This document shows positions 17,800-27,156 of a stretch of DNA of 36,755 bases, piece by piece. The notes beneath the pieces were generated by a model. It was not told the DNA's origin and did no database searches. It saw only the letters and a program-made list of their open reading frames with translations. Source of the DNA: Candidatus Krumholzibacteriia bacterium (GTDB taxonomy: Bacteria > Krumholzibacteriota > Krumholzibacteriia > LZORAL124-64-63); NCBI GenBank assembly GCA_046484865.1, contig JAWOID010000100.1, forward strand, positions 1 through 36,755. Direction: 5' to 3'. Every line of letters begins with the position of its first letter. Within the stretch, counting starts at the first letter, position 1. A program made the translations under genes and the position numbers.

Positions 17800-18247
17800 A
17801 GAAAAAACAAGCGCCCGTGCCGATCGCGTGGTTGGCGCGGGCCAGGCACTCCGTCGAGATACACGAGCGGTATCATCTTAATCTATTCACCGGCATGGGA
17901 TTTCCTGGCCGGAGCGTGCGTTCGGACCGAGAGCGGCGGCGGTTCGGGCCCCCGTTGTGGCTCGGGTGCCACCCCTCGGCGAAAAGTAATCCTTTGGTAT
18001 GCCGTAAGTTGCACGTGGGACCGCCGGAAGCGGACGCCCGGCGGACGGAACGCTCTGGGCGCCCTGGCCTTACGCGGACAGACGTAGTCCCGATTCGGGG
18101 GGCCGCGGGAACAAATGCGACCGTTCCTGCCCTGATAAAAGTTTGACATTCCGCGGGCGCGACGGTCCAGCGCCGGCGGGCGGCGCGACGACCTCGGCGG
18201 CGCCGCGCGGCCGACCGTCATGGTTCACCCGCGGGTTCCGACGGCGC

Positions 18248-18900
<653 letters not shown>

Positions 18901-18904
<4 letters not shown>

Positions 18905-19881
18905 CGGGAAGCCTCCTCCTGCTGTCGGTGTCGGGGCCCCTCGGGACCCGGGATGTCGATGCTCCAGAAACGTACCGGCACGTCGCCGGCGCCATGCACG
19001 GCCAAAACGCCGCGCACGCTGTCGTCGAGGGCATCCGCCGCGTTCGCCGTACCCGGGGCAGGACCGGTCTGCAGGCGCAGAACCGCGCCCTCCGCCTCGG
19101 CGTCGGCGAGCGGCCGGGTGATCTCCCGACCCTCGTCAGCCGGATAGAAGACGAGGCGATCGGCCCCGGGCACCTCGAGGACGAGAACGTCGCCCGCCCA
19201 GGAATGGCGCACGGCGCCGGCAGTCGGGGGGGTGGCCCAGCGCTCGCGCGTGCGCGCGAAGAGACTGTCCACGGCGGCACCGGCGGCCGGCGGTTCGGAA
19301 CCCGGCGTCGCCACCGGCAGCGTGAGGGCCGCCTCGCTCGCTCCCGGCACGCAGACCTCCGCGCAGGCCAGCCACCGGATCCGCACGCGCAGGGTGACGC
19401 TGTCGCCGGCGGCGACGTCGGGGGGAACCGCCAGCGGCGCCAGCAGCACCAGCTCGTCGTGATAGACGTGGTCGAGGATGTCGCCGGGCGACACGTATCG
19501 ATGCGGCACCGGCCACCGCTCGGTGCCGATGCCGAACCCTTCGGGAAGCTGCCAGGTGAGCTGCGGCGGCATTCCGGTGTCGTTCCGCGTGGGCCCGTAG
19601 AGGTGCCACGGCCGCGGGATGCGCAAGACCACCCCCAGCTCGGCGGTCGTGCCGGGAACCAGCGCCGAGGCGGTCGCAAGCAGCTCGGCGTCGATCTCCG
19701 GCCGGGCCGACGCCGGGCCGGCAGGGGTCGCACCGCCATCGCCGTCGCCGCCATCGCCGTCGCCGCCGTCGCCGCCGTCGCCGCCGCAGCCGGCGGCCGC
19801 CAGCGCCAGGACCGACAGCACGACGAGCGCGACCGGCCACTGCCGGCCGCGCGACGGGACGGCGCGCGCGGATCGCACCAT
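18901..19881 (-). CDS. Lipoprotein with DsbD N-terminal (protein-disulfide reductase) domain
   Basis: Lipobox 'LAAAGC', Gly/Asp linker, 'WHLYGPTRNDTGMPPQLTWQLPEGF..WPVP', 'WLACAEVCVPG'. Start uncertain; ATG 19881 chosen. Confidence 0.8.
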
Positions 19882-20082
19882 AGACAACTGGATCAAAACG
19901 GGTTCTCCTGCGACAATCGAGACCTCCAGCAATCAAGAGGGCCGCGGCCCGGAATGTCGGCCATGGTAATCGCGAAGCGCCGCCGCCGCCGCTCACGATC
20001 GCTCGAGGGGATGGCTGGTGCGCGCCGCCGCGCCGTTGCGTTATCATTGGACTGGAGCCCCTCCCCCGCGCAAGGAGCCGAG

Positions 20083-21498
20083 ATGCCTCGACGCATCCGA
20101 TCCCTGACGGCGGCAGCCGTCCTCGCGGTCGGCGCCGCCCTGCTGGCGACCGGTCCCGCAGCGCAGGAAGAGACCACGACCGAGGGATCGGCCGGCGCAG
20201 CCGGCGACACCTTGTCGCGGTCCGACGACATGCCCCTGCGTCGCGATCCTCCCCTGGTCTGGGTGCTGCCTTACGACGGCCCCATCACCCCGGTGGCCTC
20301 GGAGTACCTGGGCGGCAGCCTCGCCCAGGCGGCCGCCAGCGGCGTCACGGCCGTGGTGATCGCCCTCGACACGCCGGGCGGCCTCGACACCGCCATGCGC
20401 TCCATCATCAAGGACATGCTCGCCGCGCCACTGCCGGTGGTGGTGTACGTGTCGCCGTCCGGAGCCCGCGCCGCCAGCGCCGGCGCCTTCATCACCATCG
20501 CCGCCAACGTGGCGGCCATGGCGCCGGGCACGAACATCGGATCGGCCAGCCCGGTGCAGATGGGCGGGGCGGAGATGGACACGGTCATGGCCAAGAAGGT
20601 GGCCCACGACGCCGCCGCCTACATCGCCTCGCTGGCGCGGCAGCGGGGCCGCAACACGGAGGTGGCGCGGTCGTTCGTGGTGGAAGCCGCCAATCTCACT
20701 GCCAGAGAGGCGCTGGAGGCCAACATCGTCGACATCGTCGCGCCGTCCCTGCCCGCGCTCCTGGACAGTCTGCAGGGGCGCAGGATCCGCGTGGCCGACG
20801 TGGAGGTGGAGCTGGACCTGGCCGGCGCCGTGGTCGAGGAGCGCGCGATGGGCTGGCGGCAGTCGCTGCTCAAGCGGCTGGCCGATCCGAACCTGGCCTA
20901 CATCCTGATGCTCATCGGAATCTATGGTATCTTCTTCGAACTGAGCAATCCCGGCGCCCTAGTGCCCGGGATCCTGGGCGGCATCTGCCTGCTGCTGGCG
21001 CTGTTCGCCTTCCAGACGCTGCCGGTGAACTTCGCCGGCTTCGGCCTGATCCTGCTCGGGGTCATCCTGCTGATCCTGGAGATCAAGGTGACGAGTTTCG
21101 GTGCACTCTCGATCGGCGGCGTCACCTCCCTGGTGCTCGGCTCGCTGATGCTGTTCGATTCGCCCGAACCGTGGGCCCAGATCAGCCTGTCGGTGCTGAT
21201 CCCGGCGGTCGTCGCGTTCTCGGGATTCTTCATCCTGGCCGTCTGGCTCGTGATCCGCGCTCAGCGGCGCCCAGCGGTCAGCGGACGCGAAGCGCTGGTC
21301 GGCGCCACCGGGCGGGTCGTGGTGGCCATCCCGGGCGGCTCCGGACGCGGCAAGGTCTTCTTCCATGGCGAGATGTGGGATGCCGAGGCATCCGAGGAGG
21401 TGCCGGCAGGCCACACGGTGGTCGTGACCGAGATCGTCGGGCGGGTGGCCCTGGTGCGCCCGACCGACCCGGGCGTGGAGCGGGTGCCTTCGAGCTGA
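20083..21498 (+). CDS. nfeD: NfeD-family membrane-bound serine protease (long form)
   Basis: 'IALDTPGGLDTAMRSII', 'GARAASAGAFI', 'APGTNIGSASPV', TM block, C-terminal OB domain 'GKVFFHGEMWDAEA'; ATG 20083 behind AAGGAG. Confidence 0.92.
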   Translation: MPRRIRSLTAAAVLAVGAALLATGPAAQEETTTEGSAGAAGDTLSRSDDMPLRRDPPLVWVLPYDGPITPVASEYLGGSLAQAAASGVTAVVIALDTPGGLDTAMRSIIKDMLAAPLPVVVYVSPSGARAASAGAFITIAANVAAMAPGTNIGSASPVQMGGAEMDTVMAKKVAHDAAAYIASLARQRGRNTEVARSFVVEAANLTAREALEANIVDIVAPSLPALLDSLQGRRIRVADVEVELDLAGAVVEERAMGWRQSLLKRLADPNLAYILMLIGIYGIFFELSNPGALVPGILGGICLLLALFAFQTLPVNFAGFGLILLGVILLILEIKVTSFGALSIGGVTSLVLGSLMLFDSPEPWAQISLSVLIPAVVAFSGFFILAVWLVIRAQRRPAVSGREALVGATGRVVVAIPGGSGRGKVFFHGEMWDAEASEEVPAGHTVVVTEIVGRVALVRPTDPGVERVPSS

Positions 21499-21537
21499 CC
21501 CGCTCGCCGGAAAGCCTTACCCCGAAAGGAGATCGCG

Positions 21538-22302
21538 ATGCCCTACGCCGTTCCGCTCGTCTTTCTGCTGCTGGTGCTGTTCGTGCTCGCCAACTCCCTG
21601 CGCGTGCTCCGCGAGTACGAACGCGGTGTGATCTTCCGTCTCGGCCGATTCGTGGGGATCCGGGGGCCGGGACTGATCATCCTGGTGCCCTTCATCGAAC
21701 GCATCGTGAGGGTGAGTCTGCGCACGATCGCTCTCGACGTGGAGCCGCAGGACGTCATCACCAAGGACAACGTCTCGGTGCGGGTCAACGCCGTCTTCTA
21801 CTTTCGGGTGATCGATCCGGACAAGTCGATCATCGAGGTGGAGGACTTCATGTTCGCCACGAGTCAGATCGCCCAGACCACGCTGCGCAGCGTGGTGGGT
21901 CAGGCCGACCTCGACGAGCTGCTCGCCGAGCGCGATAAGCTCAACGCCGCCATCCAGGGCATCGTGGACGAGGCCACCGATCCGTGGGGCATCAAGGTGA
22001 GCATGGTCGAGATCAAGGACGTGGACCTGCCCATGGAGATGAAGCGCGCCATGGCCAGCCAGGCGGAGGCCGAACGCGAGCGGCGCGCGAAGGTGATCCA
22101 CGCCGAAGGCGAGTTCCAGGCGGCCGAGCGCCTGGCCCAGGCGGCGGCCATCATCGAGCCGCACCCCGCGGCCCTGCAGCTGCGATACCTGCAGTCGCTG
22201 GTCGATATCGCGGCCGAGAACAACTCCACCACCGTGTTCCCGGTGCCGGTCGACTTCCTCAGCATGTTCATGCGGAAGGCCGGCGGGACGGCGACCGAGT
22301 AG
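21538..22302 (+). CDS. Slipin / stomatin-like SPFH (band 7) protein
   Basis: '[13 protein letters not shown]', '[16 protein letters not shown]', 'DPWGIKV..VEIKDV', '[18 protein letters not shown]', 'ALQLRYLQ'; canonical nfeD partner; RBS AAGGAG. Confidence 0.95.
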   Translation: MPYAVPLVFLLLVLFVLANSLRVLREYERGVIFRLGRFVGIRGPGLIILVPFIERIVRVSLRTIALDVEPQDVITKDNVSVRVNAVFYFRVIDPDKSIIEVEDFMFATSQIAQTTLRSVVGQADLDELLAERDKLNAAIQGIVDEATDPWGIKVSMVEIKDVDLPMEMKRAMASQAEAERERRAKVIHAEGEFQAAERLAQAAAIIEPHPAALQLRYLQSLVDIAAENNSTTVFPVPVDFLSMFMRKAGGTATE

Positions 22303-22354
22303 GCACGCCGGCCCGGCAAGGGTGCCCCGAGCGGCCGTCGCGCACGTTCGCCGA

Positions 22355-22394
22355 CGCGATGCGGCGGCCGGCCGGAGCGGCGGGCCGCATCGCG
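22355..22394. terminator. Inverted repeat between convergent genes (putative bidirectional terminator)
   Basis: cgcgatgcggc (22355-22365) and gccgcatcgcg (22384-22394) form a perfect 11-bp pair. Confidence 0.5.
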
Positions 22395-22404
22395 GCCCGC
22401 CGTT

Positions 22405-22875
22405 CTAGACATGCGGCTTGAACACCATCAGGATCAGGCTCACGATGGGCAGGGCCATCGCCACGATGCCCATCACGTACCAGCGGCGGGCGGCGGGCCA
22501 GTAAGCGTCCGGCACCGCATCGGACGGCGCGGCCGCGGCCACCAGCGCGCGCTGTCGGCGCAGCGATCGCTGCATGCCGATCAGCCACACCATCACCGCC
22601 AGCACGAACAACAGCGACCCCCCGCCCAGCCACAGGCTGGTGAAGAGCAGATGCACGCCGTAGCGGGCCGACTGGTGCAGTCCGGTGAGCAGGATCAGCA
22701 CGGCCCCCGTGGCGGCGAACATGCTGTCGGTGGCTCCGACCGACCGGTGCGCCTCGGCGATCACCCGTCGGTCGCGGGAGCGATCGGCCCGCACCTTCCA
22801 GTGGAAGGAGATGATGAGGTTGCCCACGAAGAGGATGGCACCGAGGTGGTGCAGCGTGCGCATGATCTGATCCAC
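22405..22875 (-). CDS. DUF2269-like integral membrane protein
   Basis: 'TLHHLGAILFVGNLII', four hydrophobic segments, C-terminal 'LMVFKP'; GTG 22875 behind AAGGAG. Confidence 0.8.
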   Translation of the reverse strand: MDQIMRTLHHLGAILFVGNLIISFHWKVRADRSRDRRVIAEAHRSVGATDSMFAATGAVLILLTGLHQSARYGVHLLFTSLWLGGGSLLFVLAVMVWLIGMQRSLRRQRALVAAAAPSDAVPDAYWPAARRWYVMGIVAMALPIVSLILMVFKPHV

Positions 22876-23027
22876 GAATGCTTCTCCTTCGCCGGGGTTC
22901 AACACATCTGTAACGTTGAAAAAGCGTTGCGTCCACTGGCGATGCGTTCCGGTCGCGGTTCCCGGGAATCGTGGGTATCGTTTGCGGCACGACCGCACCG
23001 CCCGGCAGCCGACGAGAGGAGCCTGCG

Positions 23028-23396
23028 TTGGGCAAGACGATCCTGGTCGCCGTGGACAGCATCGAGACCGCCACGTTGCTCAGGCGTGCGCTGCAAGACA
23101 ACGGCTACCGCGCAGTGGTCGTGGAGAGCGGACGGTCGGCCATGGCGCTGGCTCGCAGCGAGCACCCGTCGCTCGTGGTCATGGACCTGGGCCCGGCCGA
23201 TCGTTCGGGCTTACGCTCGGGCACCGGTTTCTATCGCGGGTTGCGCGGCGATCCGGACCTGAAGGGTACGCCGGTGGTCATCATCGGCGACGTGCGCGGC
23301 CCCGATCTGGCGGTGGACGAGGCGACGGCGTTCATCGAGGAGCCGGTGGACCTCGACGAATTCCTGTCGGCCGTGGCGCTCACCGTGGGCGGATGA
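23028..23396 (+). CDS. Single-domain response regulator receiver (atypical)
   Basis: 'KTILVAVDS..LQDNGYRAV..SG..AMALA..PSLVVMDL..LKGTPVVII..FIEEPVDLDEFL'; TTG start behind GAGGAG. Confidence 0.75.
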   Translation: MGKTILVAVDSIETATLLRRALQDNGYRAVVVESGRSAMALARSEHPSLVVMDLGPADRSGLRSGTGFYRGLRGDPDLKGTPVVIIGDVRGPDLAVDEATAFIEEPVDLDEFLSAVALTVGG

Positions 23397-23408
23397 TCCG
23401 GTTGGGAC

Positions 23409-23573
23409 TCAGTCGATGGTTTCCGGCTTGCAGAGGTGCTTCCGATCGGCGGCGGCCCGCGCGCACTTGAGGCAGACGAATCGCGGCCGCGCGACGATCT
23501 TCCGCACCTTGTCCAGATCCTTCTCGATGCGGGCCGGCTTCCAGTTGCAGAGTTCCTTGCTCTTGTCGCCCAT
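23409..23573 (-). CDS. Small (54 aa) basic Cys-containing hypothetical protein
   Basis: MGDKSKELCNWKPARIEKDLDKVRKIVARPRFVCLKCARAAADRKHLCKPETID; GAGG upstream; host-like codon use; hidden as the tail of antisense ORF 23409..26078. Confidence 0.75.
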   Translation of the reverse strand: MGDKSKELCNWKPARIEKDLDKVRKIVARPRFVCLKCARAAADRKHLCKPETID

Positions 23574-23813
23574 GATCTCGCCTCGACGGGGTGGTGATCG
23601 ACCGGTTCGCCCGTCCCGCAGGTGCCGCGAACGATCGGGGCCGGTCCGGCACGGCTCCTGCTCCGGATTCGCGCGGGACGCGGTCCGGCCACAGTATGGA
23701 TCATTCGCCGGCGTTCCGCCGCCCCTCGAGGGCGGCCGCACCCCGACCCATCCGGAGTCGGGATCCGACACAGGCTTCCGGCCACGTGGCCGGCAGCAGG
23801 AGGCCAGACCCCC

Positions 23814-26000
23814 ATGGTCGGTGACCCGGCGCCCGAGCGGCTGCCCGCCAACGACAGAACGGCTGCCCCTCCGGTGGACAAGCAGAGCCGGCGCTCGGTC
23901 CGTCCGCACACCCTGACCGACCGCGAGCAGCTCTACATCAACCGTGAACTGAGCCTGCTCGAATTCCAGCGCCGGGTGCTGCAGGAGGCGACCTGCGCCG
24001 AGAACCCCCTGCTCGAGCGAGTCAAGTTCCTGGCCATCACGGGCGCGAACCTCGACGAGTTCTTCATGGTCCGCGTGGGCGGGCTGATCATGCAGCAGCG
24101 CGCGGGGATCGTGGACTTCTCGCTGGACGGCCACACCCCGGCGGAACAGCTCGCCGCCATCCGCAAGACCGCCGTGCCCCTCATGCAGGAGAGCGTGGCC
24201 CACTGGCAGAACGTGCTGCGCCCGGAACTGGCGCGGCGCGGCATCCACGTGCTCGAGTACCCCGATCTGAACACCAAGCAGCGCAAGCAGGTGGAGAGCT
24301 ACTTCTATCAGTCGATCTTTCCGGTGCTCACGCCGCAGGCGCTCGATCCGGGGCACCCGTTCCCCCACATCTCCAACCTGAGCCTGAACCTCGCCATCCT
24401 CATCCGCGACCCGCGCGGAGAGGAGCACTTCGCCCGGGTCAAGGTGCCCGCCATCCTGCCGCGCCTGGTGCCGCTGAAGCGCTCGTCCGGCGGTACGCGC
24501 AAGGACGGTACCGTCCCCCACCACCATTACTTCGTGTGGATGGAACAGGTGGTCGCCGCTCACCTCGACGCGCTGTTCCCGGGGATGGAGATCCTGGAAG
24601 CGCATGCGTTCCGCGTCACGCGCAACGCGGACATCGAGATCCAGGAGCTGGAGGCCTCGGACCTGCTGGAAACCATGACCGAGAGCGTCCAGGAGCGGCG
24701 CTTCGGGCCGGTGGTGCGGCTGGAGTTGAGCGAGGAGATGACCGTCAAGGGTCGCGACGTGCTCGTCGAGAATCTGGCCGTGAACCGCAACGACGTCTAC
24801 TCCTTCCCCTCGCCGCTGGGGCTCGGCGGTCTGATGGCGCTCTACGAGATCGATCGCTACGATCTGAAGGACACGCCCTTCAGCCCCACCGTGCCCAAGG
24901 CGTTGCGCCCGGAGCACCGCGAGGGCAGCATCTTCGCCGCCATCCGCCAGGGCGACATCCTGCTGCACCACCCCTACGAGGCCTTCGACCCGGTGACCGA
25001 CTTCCTGAAGGCGGCCGCCCGCGACCCCGACGTGCTGGCCATCAAGCACACCCTCTACCGGGTGGGCGCCCGGTCGCCGGTCGTGAAGCTCCTGCTGGAG
25101 GCGCGGCGCGAGCACCGCAAGCAGGTGACCGTGCTGGTGGAGCTCAAGGCGCGCTTCGACGAGGAGAGCAACATCGGCTGGGCCAAGATGCTGGAGAGCG
25201 AAGGCGTCCACGTCATCTACGGCATGCTCGGCCTGAAGACCCACGCGAAGGTTTTGCTGGTGGTCCGCCGCGAGGGCGACGACGTGCGGCGCTACCTGCA
25301 CCTGGGTACCGGCAACTACAACCACGTCACCGCGCGCCTCTACGAGGACGTCGGGGTCCTCACCTGCGATCCGGACCTGGGCGCCGACGCGACCGATCTG
25401 TTCAACTACCTGACCGGATATTCCAGCATCCGCGACTTCCGCAAGCTGCTGGTGGCGCCGCTGAACCTGCGCCGGCGCCTGGAGGACCTGATCCGGCGCG
25501 AGATCACGCACCGTGCCAAGGGCCGTGAGGCGCGCCTCATCCTCAAGTGCAACTCGGTGGTGGACGAGGGTCTCATCTCGCTGCTGTACGGTGCCTCCCA
25601 GGCGGGTGTGCCGGTGGACCTGATCGTGCGCGGCATGTGCAGCCTGCGCCCGGGAGTTCCCGGTCTCAGCGAGAACATCCGCGTGCGGAGCATCGTCGGC
25701 CGGTTCCTCGAGCACAGCCGTATCTACTGCTTCGCCAACGGCGGCCAGGAGGAGATCTATCTCGGCTCCGCGGACCTGATGACGCGCAACCTGGACCGGC
25801 GGGTGGAGAGCGTCTTCCCGGTGCTCGCCCCCGCGCTCGTCCGCAGGTTGCGGGACACGGTCCTGGCCGGCTACCTGGCGGACAACGTCAAGGCCCGGAT
25901 CATGAAGCCGGACGGCAGCTACGAACGGGTGACCCGCGAAACCGGGGAACCGGCCATCGACGTCCAGGAGTTGCTGCTGCGGGATTCGCACCACAGCTGA
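23814..26000 (+). CDS. ppk1: Polyphosphate kinase 1
   Basis: 'YINRELSLLEFQRRVL', 'NLDEFFMVRV', 'HPFPHISNLSLN', 'DILLHHPYE', 'VELKARFDEESNI', 'KTHAK', 'GTGNYN', 'GRFLEHSRIY', 'GSADLMTRNLDRRVE'; ATG 23814 behind CAGGAGG. Confidence 0.97.
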   Translation: MVGDPAPERLPANDRTAAPPVDKQSRRSVRPHTLTDREQLYINRELSLLEFQRRVLQEATCAENPLLERVKFLAITGANLDEFFMVRVGGLIMQQRAGIVDFSLDGHTPAEQLAAIRKTAVPLMQESVAHWQNVLRPELARRGIHVLEYPDLNTKQRKQVESYFYQSIFPVLTPQALDPGHPFPHISNLSLNLAILIRDPRGEEHFARVKVPAILPRLVPLKRSSGGTRKDGTVPHHHYFVWMEQVVAAHLDALFPGMEILEAHAFRVTRNADIEIQELEASDLLETMTESVQERRFGPVVRLELSEEMTVKGRDVLVENLAVNRNDVYSFPSPLGLGGLMALYEIDRYDLKDTPFSPTVPKALRPEHREGSIFAAIRQGDILLHHPYEAFDPVTDFLKAAARDPDVLAIKHTLYRVGARSPVVKLLLEARREHRKQVTVLVELKARFDEESNIGWAKMLESEGVHVIYGMLGLKTHAKVLLVVRREGDDVRRYLHLGTGNYNHVTARLYEDVGVLTCDPDLGADATDLFNYLTGYSSIRDFRKLLVAPLNLRRRLEDLIRREITHRAKGREARLILKCNSVVDEGLISLLYGASQAGVPVDLIVRGMCSLRPGVPGLSENIRVRSIVGRFLEHSRIYCFANGGQEEIYLGSADLMTRNLDRRVESVFPVLAPALVRRLRDTVLAGYLADNVKARIMKPDGSYERVTRETGEPAIDVQELLLRDSHHS

Positions 26001-26113
26001 GCACGCCGCCGCGCCGGACGCCGCCGGGCGTCGGGCGCGCGGGCGCGCGGGCGCGCGGACGCGCGGACCGCCGGACACGGAATGGACGCGCTGGATGCAA
26101 ACGGAGGTACATC

Positions 26114-26605
26114 TTGAGTCACCGGCTCCGGATCCATTTCCTGCGCCACGGCCTGGCGGACCGGTCGGAGTACGAGGGCGACGACGACGACCTGCGCCCG
26201 CTCACCGACAGGGGCCGCGAACGCATGGCGCAGGAGGCCGCCGCGATGGCGGAGCTCGACCTGAGACTCGACGTGGTGATCACCAGCCCGCTGCTGCGGG
26301 CCCGTCAGACGGCCGAGATCGTCGCCGGCCATCTCGGCCTTGACGACCGCCTGCATGTCGACCGGGGGCTCGGCCCGGAGTTCAGCGTCCCGGAGCTCGC
26401 GCGCCTTCTCGCCCGCCACCCCGACTGCGAGCGCTTCCTGCTCGTCGGCCACGAGCCCGGCTTCAGCGAGGTGATCGGCGAGATCACCGGCGGCTCCCGC
26501 GTGGTCGTCAAGAAGGGCGGCCTGGCCCGCGTCGACCTGGAAGACCGCGGTGAGCCGAGCGGCGAACTGGTGTGGCTCCTTCCGCCCGGACTGCTGGCGG
26601 GATAG
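26114..26605 (+). CDS. sixA: Phosphohistidine phosphatase SixA-like (histidine phosphatase superfamily)
   Basis: 'FLRHGLA', 'RPLTDRG', 'TSPLLRARQTAEI', 'LLVGHEP', 'VKKGG', 'LVWLLPP'; TTG 26114 behind GGAGG. Confidence 0.88.
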   Translation: MSHRLRIHFLRHGLADRSEYEGDDDDLRPLTDRGRERMAQEAAAMAELDLRLDVVITSPLLRARQTAEIVAGHLGLDDRLHVDRGLGPEFSVPELARLLARHPDCERFLLVGHEPGFSEVIGEITGGSRVVVKKGGLARVDLEDRGEPSGELVWLLPPGLLAG

Positions 26606-26662
26606 CCGAGCGGACCGCCGGCCGGCAGCGTCACTTGCCGGGCGGCTCGCCGGCAGTCCACA

Positions 26663-26833
26663 TCACTGGCCGAGCGCCGACCCCAGGTAGTAGGGCCAGA
26701 TCACCACGGCCCAGAGCGCCTTCGGCACGTTCAGACCGACGTAGCCGAGAGTGAAGAGCCAGCCCAGGATCCACAGCGGGCCCACCAGGCCGGCCACCTC
26801 CATCTTGCCCTGAACAACGCGCTCGTCGGCCAT
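26663..26833 (-). CDS. Small (56 aa) two-TM membrane protein
   Basis: MADERVVQGKMEVAGLVGPLWILGWLFTLGYVGLNVPKALWAVVIWPYYLGSALGQ; strong RBS GAGGAGGA. Confidence 0.75.
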   Translation of the reverse strand: MADERVVQGKMEVAGLVGPLWILGWLFTLGYVGLNVPKALWAVVIWPYYLGSALGQ

Positions 26834-26919
26834 CATTTCCTCCTCGTCTGTGGTTCCCGTGCGGCGTTCTCCAGCATCATCATCAGTGTCGAGCTGCTCC
26901 CGGGCAAGCGGATCGACGC

Positions 26920-27107
26920 TCCTTCTCCAAGCCCGGCTGCTGGGCCCCTTGCTGGTGGGCGCCGCCATCGACGTCGCCCGGAGCTGGATGCCGGACGCGC
27001 AAGGGTATCCCGTCATCTGGCCCGTGGGAGGGGTATTCATCCTCCTGGGCGTCCTGTTCCTCTGCCTGGCGAACCGGGCCCGTGACGATCGAGACGACCT
27101 CTCATGA
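26920..27107 (+). pseudogene. Possible MFS transporter C-terminal remnant
   Basis: 'LLGPLLVGAAIDVARSWMPDAQGYPVIWPVGGVFILLGVLFL' matches the MFS TM11-TM12 pattern (GP..G...D...GY); no N-terminal part or start. Confidence 0.45.
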
Positions 27108-27156
27108 CGGTTGACTTGCCCGGTCGGGTGCGACTCCTTTGCCCGGAGGAGGCAGC

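Noticed and set aside
19732..19790. GCC/GTC-rich repeat as a contingency locus
   Set aside because: Units are multiples of 3 encoding a Gly/Asp linker, so no phase variation is expected.
20083..22302. nfeD-slipin pair as a novel system
   Set aside because: Well-known conserved operon.
23574..26078. 889-aa minus-strand ORF opposite ppk1
   Set aside because: Antisense shadow; only its last 54 codons (23409..23573) look like a real gene.
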